The notes below the pieces were generated by a model. That model ran no database searches, was not told the DNA's origin, and saw only the letters and a program-made list of their open reading frames with translations. 64,000 nt of DNA from Hypanus sabinus. Its lineage: Eukaryota. Numbering within the stretch: the first letter of the stretch is position 1; every line of letters begins with the position of its first letter. The stretch covers positions 35,402,001-35,466,000 of the forward strand of contig NC_082727.1 of the NCBI RefSeq assembly GCF_030144855.1. Direction: 5' to 3'. A program made the position numbers and the translations under genes. Below, in pieces: positions 36,480 through 49,185 of the stretch.

Positions 36480-37800
36480 AAGAATGGTTCTTGATTACAA
36501 GAGGCTGAGCAAGGAATACTTGTTCAAAGTTTAACTGTGTTACAAACAACTCTGACCCTTTGAAAAGCCAAAGTACCAGAGAGAGCTGAAGTTAACAATG
36601 AGCCCCACAGATCCTGGGAAGTGAATACCCACTGGAACAAGAGATTGCCAGAATTAGCACAAGCTTCAGCAAGCAAAATAAAATCAAGAAATCAAAATTT
36701 TGGATGTTTCCACCATTCCCAGCACCCAGAAAAAACAATTAAAGTTTGATACAGGTGAACCTCAGTGTTAATGAAGATTACATTCCTAGAAATGGTCTGT
36801 ATTGCTATTTTCAGTAATGCATTAACGACACCTGTCAACCAATAAAAAATTAAATAAAGTGTTGATTCACTTCCTTAAGCTCCAACCCCCTCAATTTCCA
36901 TGAGAACACATTTTATTCCACATCTCTAATTTATGGGAAATGATGTGCAAGTTCCTGAAATGGTGAATTTCTGTAAATCAATAAACATTACATGGGGGTT
37001 GCCTCTGCAGAGGAAATATTCCAGAAACAAGTTTCGAAGAATCTTATTTAAAAAGTAGAGCCACCAACTGTTGTCATAAAGTATTACAAAGGTGACATTT
37101 CAGCTTGACAACAGTACAGCACTGAACTAATAAACCAGACAGAATTCCAAGAAAAACTTAAAAATCAGGCAGCTACATCTGAACGTCTGTACAGAGGAAG
37201 CAGTGGAGTAGCTGGAGTTACTAAGCAACTGTGAAATGCTGAAGTTAGGCCTTCCCACAAGTGGTTGTTATTGGCTCTGGACCAAGCATTGGGAAGAAAC
37301 TGGTCAGAGAATAGATCCCCTGGCTCGGAGGAACATTCACTATATCGAGGGAGAGAGCTGGGATGTTGTGGAGAGGAAGTTTTCAAAAGCAAGTTAGGCT
37401 CCCAAGCCAAAACTCAGGTTGATCCCCCAACCTACTGTGGTTCTTCAAGCCAAGGTTGATGCCTTATGCAAAGAATATAAAAGTGGAGAATGAATCCTTG
37501 CCCTTGGAACTGCATCGCTGTCTGGGATTAGTAGGAACTGCAGTTCTGCCTGAAGGACCAAGTTCAATACAAGCCATGCTCATCACCAGATCCTGTTTGA
37601 GGAGCAGCTCCAAGGGGTTCTTGACTGCCAACACACCTAGAAGCTTGTTCACACACAGCAGGCAGCTTTGAGCTTTCTACCTTCCAGAGACGTGTGGAAG
37701 AATTTCTGCAGGGCATAACTGAGATTGCTGCAACTTGTGACGCATCCAGATTACAGAGCACAAGATACGGAAGGGAGAGCTGGAAACGGAAAACCAACAT
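36480..37800 (+). mobile_element. Highly degenerate Gypsy gag-pol remnant
   Basis: RT-like fragments SSKGFLTANTPRSLFTHSR and STFQRRVEEFLQGITEIAATCD resemble the RT of the Gypsy at 52000-52250. Confidence 0.55.
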
Positions 37801-37989
37801 CCAAGTACAGATCTAGGGTCACCAGATAGAACATATAGGACTAATCCCAGTTGGAGAGAGAAAAAAAAAATACCAGTGCACCTGTTCCAAGTAATATAAT
37901 TGAGATGCAGCCATAATAGGGCTTGCTGAATTCTCACCAAATCTTGTAACACTAGCAAGTTCATTGCACCATTCACTACAAACAAGTGA

Positions 37990-39370
37990 AATGGACGGGG
38001 ACGGAAGCCCATATCCCTACTATCCATGTAACTATCCGAACTTTTCTTGAGCCTCGAAATCGAGCTCGCATGGACCACTTGTGCTGGCAGCTCAATCCAC
38101 ACTCTCACGACCCTGGAGAAGAAGTTTCCCCTCATGTTCCCCTTAAACAACTCACCTTTCACCTTTAATGCATCACTTCTGGTTGTAGTCCCACACAACC
38201 TCAGTGGAAAGAGCCTGCTTGCATTTACCCCATTTAACTCCTCTTAATTTTGTATAAATCCATCAAATCTCCTCTCAATTTTCTATGTTCCAAGGAATAA
38301 AGTCCTAATCTATTCAATCTTTCCTTGTAACCCAGGTCCTCCAGACCCAGCAACATCCTTGCCAATTTTCTCTGTACTCTTTCAACTTTATTTATATCTG
38401 TCTTGTATGTGGGTGACCAAAACTGCACAGAATATTCCAAGTTAGGCCTCATCAATATCTGGTACAACATCCCATCTCCTGTACTCTGTAATCTGATCTA
38501 TGAAGGCCAATGTACCAAAAATTCCCTCCCCCAACCCTGTATACCTGTGATGTCACTTTCAACTAATTATGGACCTGTATCCCAGATCCCTTTGTTACAC
38601 CACAATCCTCAGTGCCCTACCGTTCACCATGTAAGACCACCCTGGCTGGTCCTACTGAACTGCGACACCTTATACTTGTTGATATACTATCAATAACTCC
38701 AAAAGACTGGAAGTAGAGTAAATACTGAAAGGCTTTTATTAGCAGTAAAACAGAGCATGTCCATGCTGGATGACTGTAAGACGACTGTGGGAGGAGCAGA
38801 GACACAATCATCTTTATCCAGGGGTCTGTGGGAGGAGCCACAGGAGCAGTCAGCAGAGGGGTGTGTTCAGACTGATATACATGGTTTACCACACTTGTCT
38901 ATATTAAATTCCATCTGCCTTTGTTCAGCCCATTTTCCCAGCTGGTCCAAATCCCACTGCAAACTCTGATACCCTTTCTTAAAGTCCACTACACTCCCAA
39001 TCCTGGTGTCATCTGCAGTTTGCTGATCTAATTAATCACATTATCATCTAGATTGTTGATTTAGATGATAAGCAACAACAGACCCAGCAACGATCTCTGC
39101 AGAAATCCCCAGTCACAGAACTCCAGTGTGAGAGGCAACCCTCTGACTTGTCCTGCAAGACCTATGTCTAATCCAATTTACTACCTCATCTTGAATGCCA
39201 AGTGACTGACCTTGTCAAATGCCTTTACTAAAGACCACATTTTCACCATCCACTGCCTTGCCTTCATCAACATTTCTGGCAACTTCCTCAAAAAACTATC
39301 ATTGTTTGGACATTGACCTTGCACACATAATGCCGTGCTGACTATCCTTGATCAATCAATGCCCATCCAT
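37990..39370 (-). mobile_element. CR1 LINE fragment interrupted by a solo LTR
   Basis: RPNLEYSVQFWSPTYKTDINKVERVQR; RGNFFSRVVRVWIELP. Confidence 0.9.
38680..38893 (-). mobile_element. Solo LTR, 214 bp, CTTGT TSD
   Basis: TG...CA ends; TSD at 38675-38679 and 38894-38898; homologous to 46396-46610. Confidence 0.88.
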
Positions 39371-39733
39371 GTGTGCTTCCTCAGACTTTTATATCTGGTC
39401 TCTTATTGGGCACAATGATGTTTCCATCTCCAACTCCTAATGTAAATACCTGATACAAATCAAGGAGAGAAACCTTTTCAAAAATAATATCCCAGATATT
39501 CACTGAACTCCCATTGTCAAGTGGGAGCAAGAGGGTAAACAGAGGGGAAAACTGGACACATGGATTTCACAGACGTATTTAGCCCTCCATGTTTTCTGCC
39601 TCAAGGAATGAAGTGATTCAGGATGGAGAGAGGACACAGGTTGCATTTACAATGCAGCTTATTGAGCCAGGAAACGTTACATACAGGAGCAGGAATGTGA
39701 ATGAGCATTCACGAGTCCAAACATAGAAATCAC

Positions 39734-39919
39734 CTTGTTCCTGAGATAAACAATAACCTCTTTTCTCAGTAGATATTGTACAATTTCAACCCTGCCTGTG
39801 CTGCATGCAGCAATCAATGCAGTGTCCCCATAGTGTGCATCTTGTTGGTTCACATCAGTTGTTAGCAGTAGTTCCTTCAGCTCCTTGAAATCATTCTGAT
39901 ATGCTGCTTCACAGAGGGG
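39734..39919 (-). pseudogene. ANKRD22: Isolated ANKRD22 exon 2 (ankyrin repeat); other exons not found
   Basis: Reverse strand reads ...ttctacag|PLCEAAYQNDFKELKELLLTTDVNQQDAHYGDTALIAACSTGRVEIVQYLLRKEVIVYLRNK|gtgatt. It aligns with ANKRD22 PICQAAYQNDF...GDTPLICAC...LKNQ; 186 bp, phase 0/0. Functional status is uncertain. Confidence 0.8.
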
Positions 39920-40847
39920 CTGTAGAACAGAGCAGAGAAATAAATCAAAGTTAAACTTCAGGGCTCAGATTAAAACAAAAATACATGGAGTGGAGTTGGA
40001 CCACGATATTATAATCTTCATAATCTTAAAAAGTGCATTATGTAACAAACTTGAATTTATGGAAAATATTACCCAAGCAAACAAATTTTACTTGCAGGAA
40101 ATTCTTCAGTTTATACACATCTTTCCCATACCTGAGAGCTCCATTTCCCAAATTCTTATTTTATTTATCGAGATATTGCACAGAATAGCTTTGTCAGGCC
40201 CTTTGAGCAGCACTGGCCAGCAACCCTAGCCTAATTTACAATGACCAATTAACCTTTCAACCAGTACATCTTTGGACTGTGGGAGGAAACTGAGGTACCT
40301 GGAGGAAACCCACATGGTCACAGGGAGAACATACGAACTCCTTACAGGCAACAACTGGAATTGAACTCAGGTCACTGGTACTGAGAAGCATTGAATTAAC
40401 CATGACCCTACTGTGCTGCCCATTTTAATCTGATTCACTGAATAAGATAATACAAGAAAAATAAAATCAATATAAACTGTGGCAGCGTATTAATAGAAGT
40501 GACATGACATGGCCCAGAAAGTCTGTTAGTCCGAACACACTTGATTATCAAGGATAAGCTGTGTATTGCGCATACTTTAAACAGGAATGTTATTTGTATA
40601 GGTGAAAACAGAAGGTGAGGAAGAACACCAACAACTTTGAATAATATGTAGTTATTTAGGAAGCATTATTTGGCTTAGCAGCATGCTTTTTCATAAGAGG
40701 AGCCAAGAACAAGAAAAACATTAACATGTTTATGTTAAAGCACACTTGGAATGCTGAGTTGCATTCTGTTCATCTCATTATAGGCAGAGTGTGGAAGCTT
40801 CAGAGGGCATACAGAGAAGATTTACCAGAACGCTGCTTAGACTAGAG

Positions 40848-41561
40848 CAGGGGTCGGCAACTTTTACCTCTGAAAGAGCCAATATGGACCCATTTCCCAC
40901 AGAAAAGAAAACACTGGGAGCCACAAAACGCGTTTGACATTTAAAATGAAATAACACTGCATACAACGGTTTTTTTTGCCTTTATGCTTTGTATAAACAA
41001 ACTATAATGTGTTGCATTTATGAAATTGATGAACTCCTGCAGAGAAAATGAAATTACATTTCTGAATGCAACAAAAACATTTTGAACTCCGAAAAAAAGA
41101 CGTTGGGTTGAAGGTTACTCCATAGTTAGCCTACCTTGGATCGAAGAATTAAAAGAAAGCGCGCACTGGCGGGTGTCAGGCATTGGCAGTGGTGATGTAT
41201 ATTAATAGCGATAAAAAAACACGTTGTAGCAGTGTGCTACATGCAGCGCTAAAATAAAGACACTGCAGTCAAAGGTAACTTTATTCGAACTAAACAGCCT
41301 TGCTTTAAAGCCTCCCTCAACCTGTCCCCGTGGGCGTGGATGCTCCAAAAGACACGTACTCACAAACCCCCGTAGGCTATCTCCCTTAGCCAGAACAGTG
41401 GCTAATTGTGAGCCGGTTCGGATGTGCCAGGAAATGGGGTCTCCACAACGTTTTTAGATTGTACAAGATCACCATAATCTTCAAATTTCGAATTACGTTT
41501 CAAAAACTAACAAACCACGGGGAGCCGCAGCACAGAGATGAAAGAGCCGCGGGTTGCCGAC
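40848..41561. mobile_element. hAT-Charlie-type MITE containing a nested LTR
   Basis: GACTAGAG|CAGGGGTCGGCAAC ... GTTGCCGAC TAGAG. Confidence 0.85.
41225..41447 (-). mobile_element. Solo LTR nested in the MITE
   Basis: TGTAG...CCACA with ACGT on both sides. Confidence 0.7.
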
Positions 41562-44500
41562 TAGAGGGTACGCCATATGAAAACCAGTTGAGCAAGCTAG
41601 GACTTTTCTCTTTAGAGCCAAGTGGGATGAGAGGCAACTTTATAGACGACAAGAGTTCTAGATTGAATGAATAGCCAGAGACTTCCTCACAGCGCGGAAA
41701 TGGCTAATATAAAAGGAGCCTCATTTTAAGGTGAGTGGACTGAAGTGGGGGAGGGGGAGGAAGGAATGTCAGAGGCAAGTTCTTTACACAGTGAATGGTG
41801 GGTATATGAAACATACCAGGTGTTGTGGTAGAAATAGATACACTGGGGAAACTTAAATTCTTAGACAGAATTTCTAAGAATGGATGATAGAAAAAAAATG
41901 TAAGGCTATGCAAGAGGGAAGAGTTAGATTGATCTTAGAGTAGGTCAGAAGATAGCACAACATTGTGGGCTGAAAGGCCTGTACTGTGCTGAGATGTTTT
42001 ATGTTCCATGTATTTGAGTAACAAGCAAGCTTCAGGTTGAAGGATTTGGATAAACAGTGCCTATATTAGAAGATAATGTAATATTTAGTCCTCACCCAAA
42101 GAGCAATATATGGCTAGGGCAAGTACCATTACATTATCAAGAGAAAAAAGAATCAGTTGAGTACCAATTTTAGGAATTGACTGCCCTTTAAGAAGAACAA
42201 AGTACAGACAGCAATGTTATTAGATTCATAACCTTAATGCAAAATAATTCTAATTCAGAGCAAGGCAAGACAAAACAAAAATGTTACAGAACAAGTCTGG
42301 GTATAAGTAGTAGACCGGACAGGAAAACAACCTAATAACAATTATGTCAAAGATCTTGTGTGAAGAAAATATATTCACAAACTGACTGATGCCAAATAAT
42401 CCAAGAGATATGATGTTCAACATACCCAAAAAAAAATGTGGCTGACAAACCCAGCTAGAAGCTATCATGCTGCCAAGACAGAGATTAGCTTTATTTGTCA
42501 GATGCACATTGAAACAAAGCAAATGTGTTGTTTGTGTCAAATCAAAATCAGCAAGGATTGTGCTGGGCAACCTGCACGTGTCACCATGCTTCTGGCACCA
42601 ACATGGCATGTCCACAACTCACTAACCCATCAGATCCAGCTGGATCGCCCTGGGTAGGAGGGTGGGATACTATCAGACAGGCACCTCCCAGTCACCAGCC
42701 ACCTAACGGGAGTCATCTGCCATTCATTCCCAACTCGTCTCCTGCAACCCATTTAAACCCAGCTCACATCCACATTCCTTCTGCACCTGTTGAACCAGCG
42801 AGTGTCAACCAGCTGCTCCTGGCCTTCAGTTATCCTGATGCTCATCGTGTTAAGTATCTGTTCTCTCTTGTTTCTTAGCCTCTTATGGCTTGTTATCTTG
42901 CAGTTTATTATTAAGGTCATCACTCACCCCCTAAATCATTGCCACTGCTCTGCATTTGGGTTAATCCTCCTTTACATTTTCTGACAACACAGTGTCCATA
43001 TCCTCTATTCTTGGCATATTCATCACCTCAGCTGTATTTACCACTGCTGGCAGCACATTCCGGGTACCCACTCCCCATGTAACAAAAAAGTTGCCTCATA
43101 CATCTCCTTTGAACTTATCATCTCTCATCTTTAACGTATGCCCTCTAGTATTAGACATTTTGACCCTCAAGTTTCTAGCTGTGCCTCTCATAAGGTTAGA
43201 AATTGCTGTTGGCTGTCCCCTTAGCCTCTGCCGCTTCAAAAGAACCCACAAGATTGTTCAAAGTCTTCTTATAGCTCAGGCCCCCTAACCCAGGCCGCAT
43301 CCTGATAAACCATCTCCAAAGACTCCACGTCCTTCCTGCAATTGGAGGACCAGAACTAAAGCTGCAATGTCACTTACTGACGCTTGAGTTTAGAAGCACG
43401 ACACTATTGCAGTTTGTTGTGTTCCGGAGTTCAGAGTTCAATTTCAGTGCCGTTCTATAAGGATTCTCTGTATGTCTTCCCTGTGGAATATGTGGGTTTT
43501 CTCCGGGTCCTCTGGTTTCCTCACGGAATCCAAAGGCTCTTAGTAAATTGTCCTGTGATTAGGTTGCGTTTAATCAGGCTTGTCAGAGTTTGTTGGGATG
43601 GTGTTGCTTGGAGGACCGGAAGGGCCTATTCTGTGCTGTATTATTAATAAATAAATTTAGAAGACTTGACAAAACCATGGGGTATGTTTTCACCAGGTGA
43701 GTATAGGTCTAGTGGTCACAGTCTCAGAATAAGAGATAGTCTATATAGGAATGAAATGAGAGATTGTGTCACTCAAAGATTGTTGAATTTTTGAAATACA
43801 CTAGAGGGAGATGGAGACTTGCTTATTGATTGTATTCAAAACAGAAATCAATTGGTTCCTAGATATTAAAGGACTCAAGGCACATGGGGATGATGCAGGG
43901 AAATATTGCTGAGGTGGACAATCTGTTACAATCTTGTTGAATGGCAGAGCAGGCTCAAGAGGTGAAGGATCAATCCAGAAGGTCAATTTTTACATGGGAG
44001 ATGTTTATATATTTAGGAATGACTGTCTGAAGACAGGATTGTGTGAAACAACTGCAAAATCAGCATTTTGAAGAATGCTACTCAACTAATTACTCACAAT
44101 GGTAAATTTTACAGTAAAATTCTGAAATTATTTGCTTTCAATAAAACAGAGAGTGATAAGTAAAGCCAGTAAGTACACTGAATTATATTAAGTGAATTAT
44201 GTTCCTATGAATTGGGCTGATGTTGTGGCACCTCAGTTACTCTGTGATTATATGTGATATACTTCAGAGGCCATTTGGCTCATCCAGCCCACTTGAGCTT
44301 CCCTGTTTTAAACTGTCAGCATAACTGATGAAGGAATATCCAGGAATTATAACAAAACTGGGGAAGTCTGTATTAAGGTCAACTTAAGCATCATACAAAT
44401 TTGAAGAGGATGATCGGAAAATAGGCTAATCTTGCACGTGGCTTAAAGGTCAGTTAGTGTTTGGATTACAACACATAGCTAGCTGGAGCAGAGATAGATA

Positions 44501-44639
44501 AGTGAAATATAGTTTAAATGCAGGAGAACTGATCTTGAGATAAGCTGAGTCATGACAGAGGACAAAACCATAAACTGAATCACCTGGTTGAAGAGAGAAT
44601 GAAGGAAATGACTGTCTGGTAAAATTCCTCCCCAGTGGA

Positions 44640-45760
44640 ATTAATTTCCCAAGGGAGGCTGGTCAGGAAGGTTCAGTCACTCAGCAGTCAAGATGAGGTA
44701 GTAAATTGGATTAGACATTGGCTTTGTGGGAGAAGCCAGAGAGTCGTAGTAGAGGGTTGTCTCTCTGAATGGAGGCCTCTGACTGGAGGAATGGTGTGCC
44801 ACAGGATCATTGCTTGGTTCTTTGTTGTTTGTCATCTATATCAATGATCTGGATGATAATGTGGCATATTTCCAGATGACACCAAGATTGTGGGTGTAGT
44901 GGACAGCGAGGAAGGCTATCATGACTTGCAGAGGGATCTGCATCAGCTGGAAAAATGGGATGAAAATGGCAGATGGAATTTAATCCAAACAAGTATGAGG
45001 TTTGCTCTTCAGGAGGACCAACCAGGGTAAGCCTTACACAGTGAATGGCAGGGCACTGAGGAGTGCAGTAGAACAAAGGGATCTAGGAATACAGGTATAT
45101 AATTTGTTAAATGTGGCATCACAGTTAGATAGGGTCGTAAGTAAAGCTTTTGACAGATTGCTTTCATAAATCAATGTATTGAATACAGAAGATGGGATGT
45201 TATGTTGAAGTTGTATAAGACGTTGGTAATTTGGAGTATTGTGTGCAGTTTTGGTCACCTACCTACAGGGAAGATATAAATGAGGTTGAAAGAGTGCAGA
45301 GAAAATTTGCAAGGATGTTGCTGGATCTGGAGGACTGGAACTATAAGGAAAGATTGAATAGGTTAGGACTGTATTCCTCAGAATGTAGATGACTGAGAGA
45401 TTTGATAGAAGGATACAAAAGTATAAGAGGTATAGATAGGATAAATGCAAACACGCTTTTTCCGGTGAGATTGGGTGGCACTGCAACTAGAGGTCATAGG
45501 TTAAGGGTGAAAAGTGAGAAGTTTAAAGGGAACACAAGGGGAAACTTCTTCACTCAGAGGATCGTGAGAATGTGGAATGAGCTGCCAACAAGTGGTCGAT
45601 ATGAGCTTAAGAGCAGTTTGGTTAGGTACATGGATAGTAGGGATATGGAGGGATATGGTTCCGGTGAAGGTTGATGGGGGTGGGCAGTTTAAATGGTTTT
45701 GGTATAGACTAAATGGGCCAAAGGGCTCGTTTCTGTGCTGTACTTCTCTATGACTGAGAC
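44640..45760 (+). mobile_element. CR1 LINE RT 3' fragment
   Basis: VVNWIRHWLCGRSQRVVVEG; RGNFFTQRIVRMWNELP. Confidence 0.9.
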
Positions 45761-46395
45761 TCGACTCTATGACTCCCTATTCTATCAAATCATTTTAGCA
45801 CCTCAATCGTATCACCCTTCAGTCTTTGAAACTCAGGAAAATGCAAGCCAAATTTACACAATATAAAGAGTCACTATATTTGTCACAAGTACATCAAAAC
45901 AATACAGTGAAATGCATTATTTGCATCAGATGAACTCAGCAATGATTGTGCTGGGCAGCCACACTTCTGGCATCAACATAGCATACCCTCAGCTCACTAA
46001 CCCTAACCGTATGTCTTTGGAATGTGGGAGGAAACCAGAGCACCCGGACGAAACTCGCATGTCATGGAGCGAATGTACAAATTCCCTACAGACAGCAGCA
46101 GGAGTCGAACCCCAGCTGGTACTGTAAAGTGATTGTGCTAATCACTACAACACCTCTGAAGGTCCTTTCCTAAACAATGTCAGAAGCACAACAAGCGTTG
46201 GAGCATTGTGTTGGGAAGGTGTTGGATGAGGATAATTGATTCACTAAAGAATCAGCTATAAGCCTTAATGAGAAAAATGCTGGGAGCTGAGTACACTAGG
46301 AGACTTACCAAGCATCCTGAATTGATCAGGGTTCTGCTGCAAAGAAACATGCATCCTAACATCCTAGGTGATCTTTTGTGTTTTGTTTCCCTCAC

Positions 46396-46610
46396 TGTGG
46401 TGAATTACATATACCTGTCTGGACACGGCCCCTGCTGACTGCTCCTGTGGCTCCTCCCACAGACGCCTGTATAAAGGCGATCAAGGCCTGAGCCCGGCCT
46501 CTCAGTCTCCAGGATGTAGTATGGTGGTCACTCACTGCTTGTTCCTTCTTCCAGTCAATAAAAGCCGATATCTCGCCTTTACGTCTCAGAGTGACATTGA
46601 TGGTGCATCA
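46396..46610 (+). mobile_element. Solo LTR, 215 bp, CTCAC TSD
   Basis: TG...CA ends, TATAAA near 46470, AATAAA near 46557; TSD at 46391-46395 and 46611-46615. Confidence 0.9.
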
Positions 46611-47289
46611 CTCACTAACAGTAGTAGGAGTTCCCACATCCTTAGAGTGGATTAGTTTCCAATGACAAAAGATCAGGCCTGTTAAAAGTGCTCTAGGAAA
46701 ACTACAATGGGGCTTACTGATATTCCAACTTAAACCAATAATTTGTAATTAATTCATAATGATTTACTATGTATTAGCAGTGTTTTATAATAAATGGGGT
46801 CCTTTGTCAAAATCTGTCTTGATATTTGCTGTTAGGAATTGCACAAGGCTGACTGGAGAACCCTCGTCTTTCCCTGTAATCCGTCCACAGTCGAGCAAGT
46901 CTGAAAGCATAGTGCATGAAGGTCTGTAGTGCGAAACCTCACTTTACTGCTATGGAAATAATACACGAGGATTGTAACACACTCGCCATCTTTATTGTTT
47001 TTCATACAAGTGAAAATACTGAACTCTTGTTGATCTTTCTATTTTTGTCAGTATTTCCTCATCAAACTGAGAAATGTCACTTGAGAGAAACCGGGGGGCT
47101 TTATGTTGTAATCCAGGTTCTTCCCAATTCTGCTTCATGTTGTTTACCAAGCATATTGTATCTTAAAATTCACTCTTCCTATCTTCCTAACTCAAATTAC
47201 TCTTTCAACCCATATTGTAAGAAGAAAGATGCAAGGATACACACAAACACACCCCCCACCCGCCCGCCACCGCTGGCAGATCATCAATT

Positions 47290-47690
47290 CGGTGAAAAAC
47301 CCCCTTTGGCCTGACTGAAACTTGCTGGTCTCCCAGCACATCAAGAAGTCTATGAGAGAATGCTGCCAACGGGCATATTCCAGGCTGCAGGAGTACGTGC
47401 TGAGGGGCACTATTGATGTTTGGTGCAGCCACCACAAGGGCTCAGTGGAAATGACTACAGTACAGGGGTTTTTAGCTACTGGACAGGGAGGGTCCAGGTT
47501 GGGTGAGGAAGCCCTCAGTTATTGTAGTAGTGCACCACCCCAGAGTAGCACATGAGTGGCAACAGTCCTTTGGATTTAAGGAATGTAATAGAACACTACT
47601 TAATACATTGACTATGAATATAAGCATGAAAAGGCATTATTGTTTTTTTCCAGTAAATATTTTAATTATCAATAAAATTTATTTTGATAT
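47290..47690 (+). mobile_element. Tx1/L1-type LINE 3' end
   Basis: ECCQRAYSRLQEYVLR, then a 3' tail with AATAAA. Confidence 0.6.
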
Positions 47691-48429
47691 AGAGATATTT
47701 TGATATAGAGATGGAATATAGTTCAGGTTAGGAGAACTGATCTTGAGATGAGTTAGCACAGGAGGACAAAAACATAAACTGTAGAACCCAGCTGATAGGA
47801 GAGTGAGGGAAATGGCTGTCTGGGAAAAAGGCAAAGTCCCAATCATCAGGCCATCAGAGCTAACCCCTGCAGAAATAAAACAAAGATCAAATATGATGAA
47901 GAAAAGTGGGTGATTGATGATACTGTGAAAACTGTATGTAACTACCTTGTTACAAATTGCCGGAAGATTGGTTGATAAGTGGATTAACTTTGAGCTCTCA
48001 CTGAAGTGCTCCCCAGTGTACAGTGTAACAGGAATGAATAAATGGACTTGTTCCAGAGAAACTGAACACAGCCTGTGTGGTGTCCAGGTTTGAGCTGAAA
48101 CTAAGAAGGCACCTGGACCACATGTGAAACCCAGATTAAAGTGAAGCTTTCATACACAAATTCCTCCAATGTTAATCCTTCCCCTGCATTTATTTGTCCA
48201 GCTTCCTCTTAAGTGCTTCCATAATATTCAGCTCAAAACTGTCTTCACTAGTTCCATATTCTCACTATGTATCTGAGTAAAAGAAATCCCTGTTAGCCAG
48301 TATCTTCTGTGTCGCTATATCATAAGACTGCCACCATAATTGGAGAACTACACCCTGTGGCCACTTTTGCAATTACAGTTACAATGATTGACTTAAATCA
48401 TCTTGCAAGTTAACTTTTAGGTCAACTTG

Positions 48430-49150
48430 AAGGTGCAATTACGAAGAAAGCACGGCAGCACTTTGATGTCCTTTGGAGTCTACAAAGATTTAGCATGACA
48501 TCTAAAAAGTTTGACGGACTTCATTAAAGTGTGGCGGGGAATATATTGACTGGTTGCATCACAGCCTGGTATGGAAACAACAATGCTCTTGAACTGAAAA
48601 TCCTACAAAAAGTAATGGATATGGCCCAGTTTACCACTGGTAAAGCCCTCTTCACCACTGAGCACATCTACTCGGGGTGTTGTTGCAAGAAAGCAGCATC
48701 CATCATCTGGGTCCACTACCATCCAGGTCTTGCTTTCTTCTCGCTATTGCCATCTGGAAGAAGGCACAGGAACCTCAGGACCCACATCACCTGGTTCAGC
48801 AACAGTTATTACCTCTTAACCATCAGGCTCTTGAACCAAAGGGGAGAACTTCACTTGCCCCATCACTGAAATATCCCTACAAGCTATGGGCTCACTTTCA
48901 AGGACTCTTCATCTCAGGTTTTTGATATTTATTGTTTATTATTATTATTATTATTATTATTATTTCTTTCTTCCTTTTTATATCTGTGCAATTGGTTGTC
49001 TTTTCCACACTGGCTGAAAGCCCAAGTTAGTGTGGTGTTTTGCTGATTCTATTATGGTTATTATTCCATTGTGGATTTATTGACAAGAAAATGAAACTCA
49101 GGGTTGTACATGGTGACATAAATGTACTTTGATCATAAATGTACTTCGAA
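48430..49150 (+). mobile_element. Rex1/Babar LINE fragment
   Basis: ILTGCITAWYGN...LLPSGRR. Confidence 0.85.
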
Positions 49151-49185
49151 CTTTATGAGGTACACCTGTATACCAAATGCAAATA

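Noticed and set aside
44263-44283. - strand MSQMASE|GT resembling the 7-codon ANKRD22 first exon
   Set aside because: It lacks Gly2, has a weak donor, and matches the common gaggccattcggcccatc LINE/SINE tail motif.
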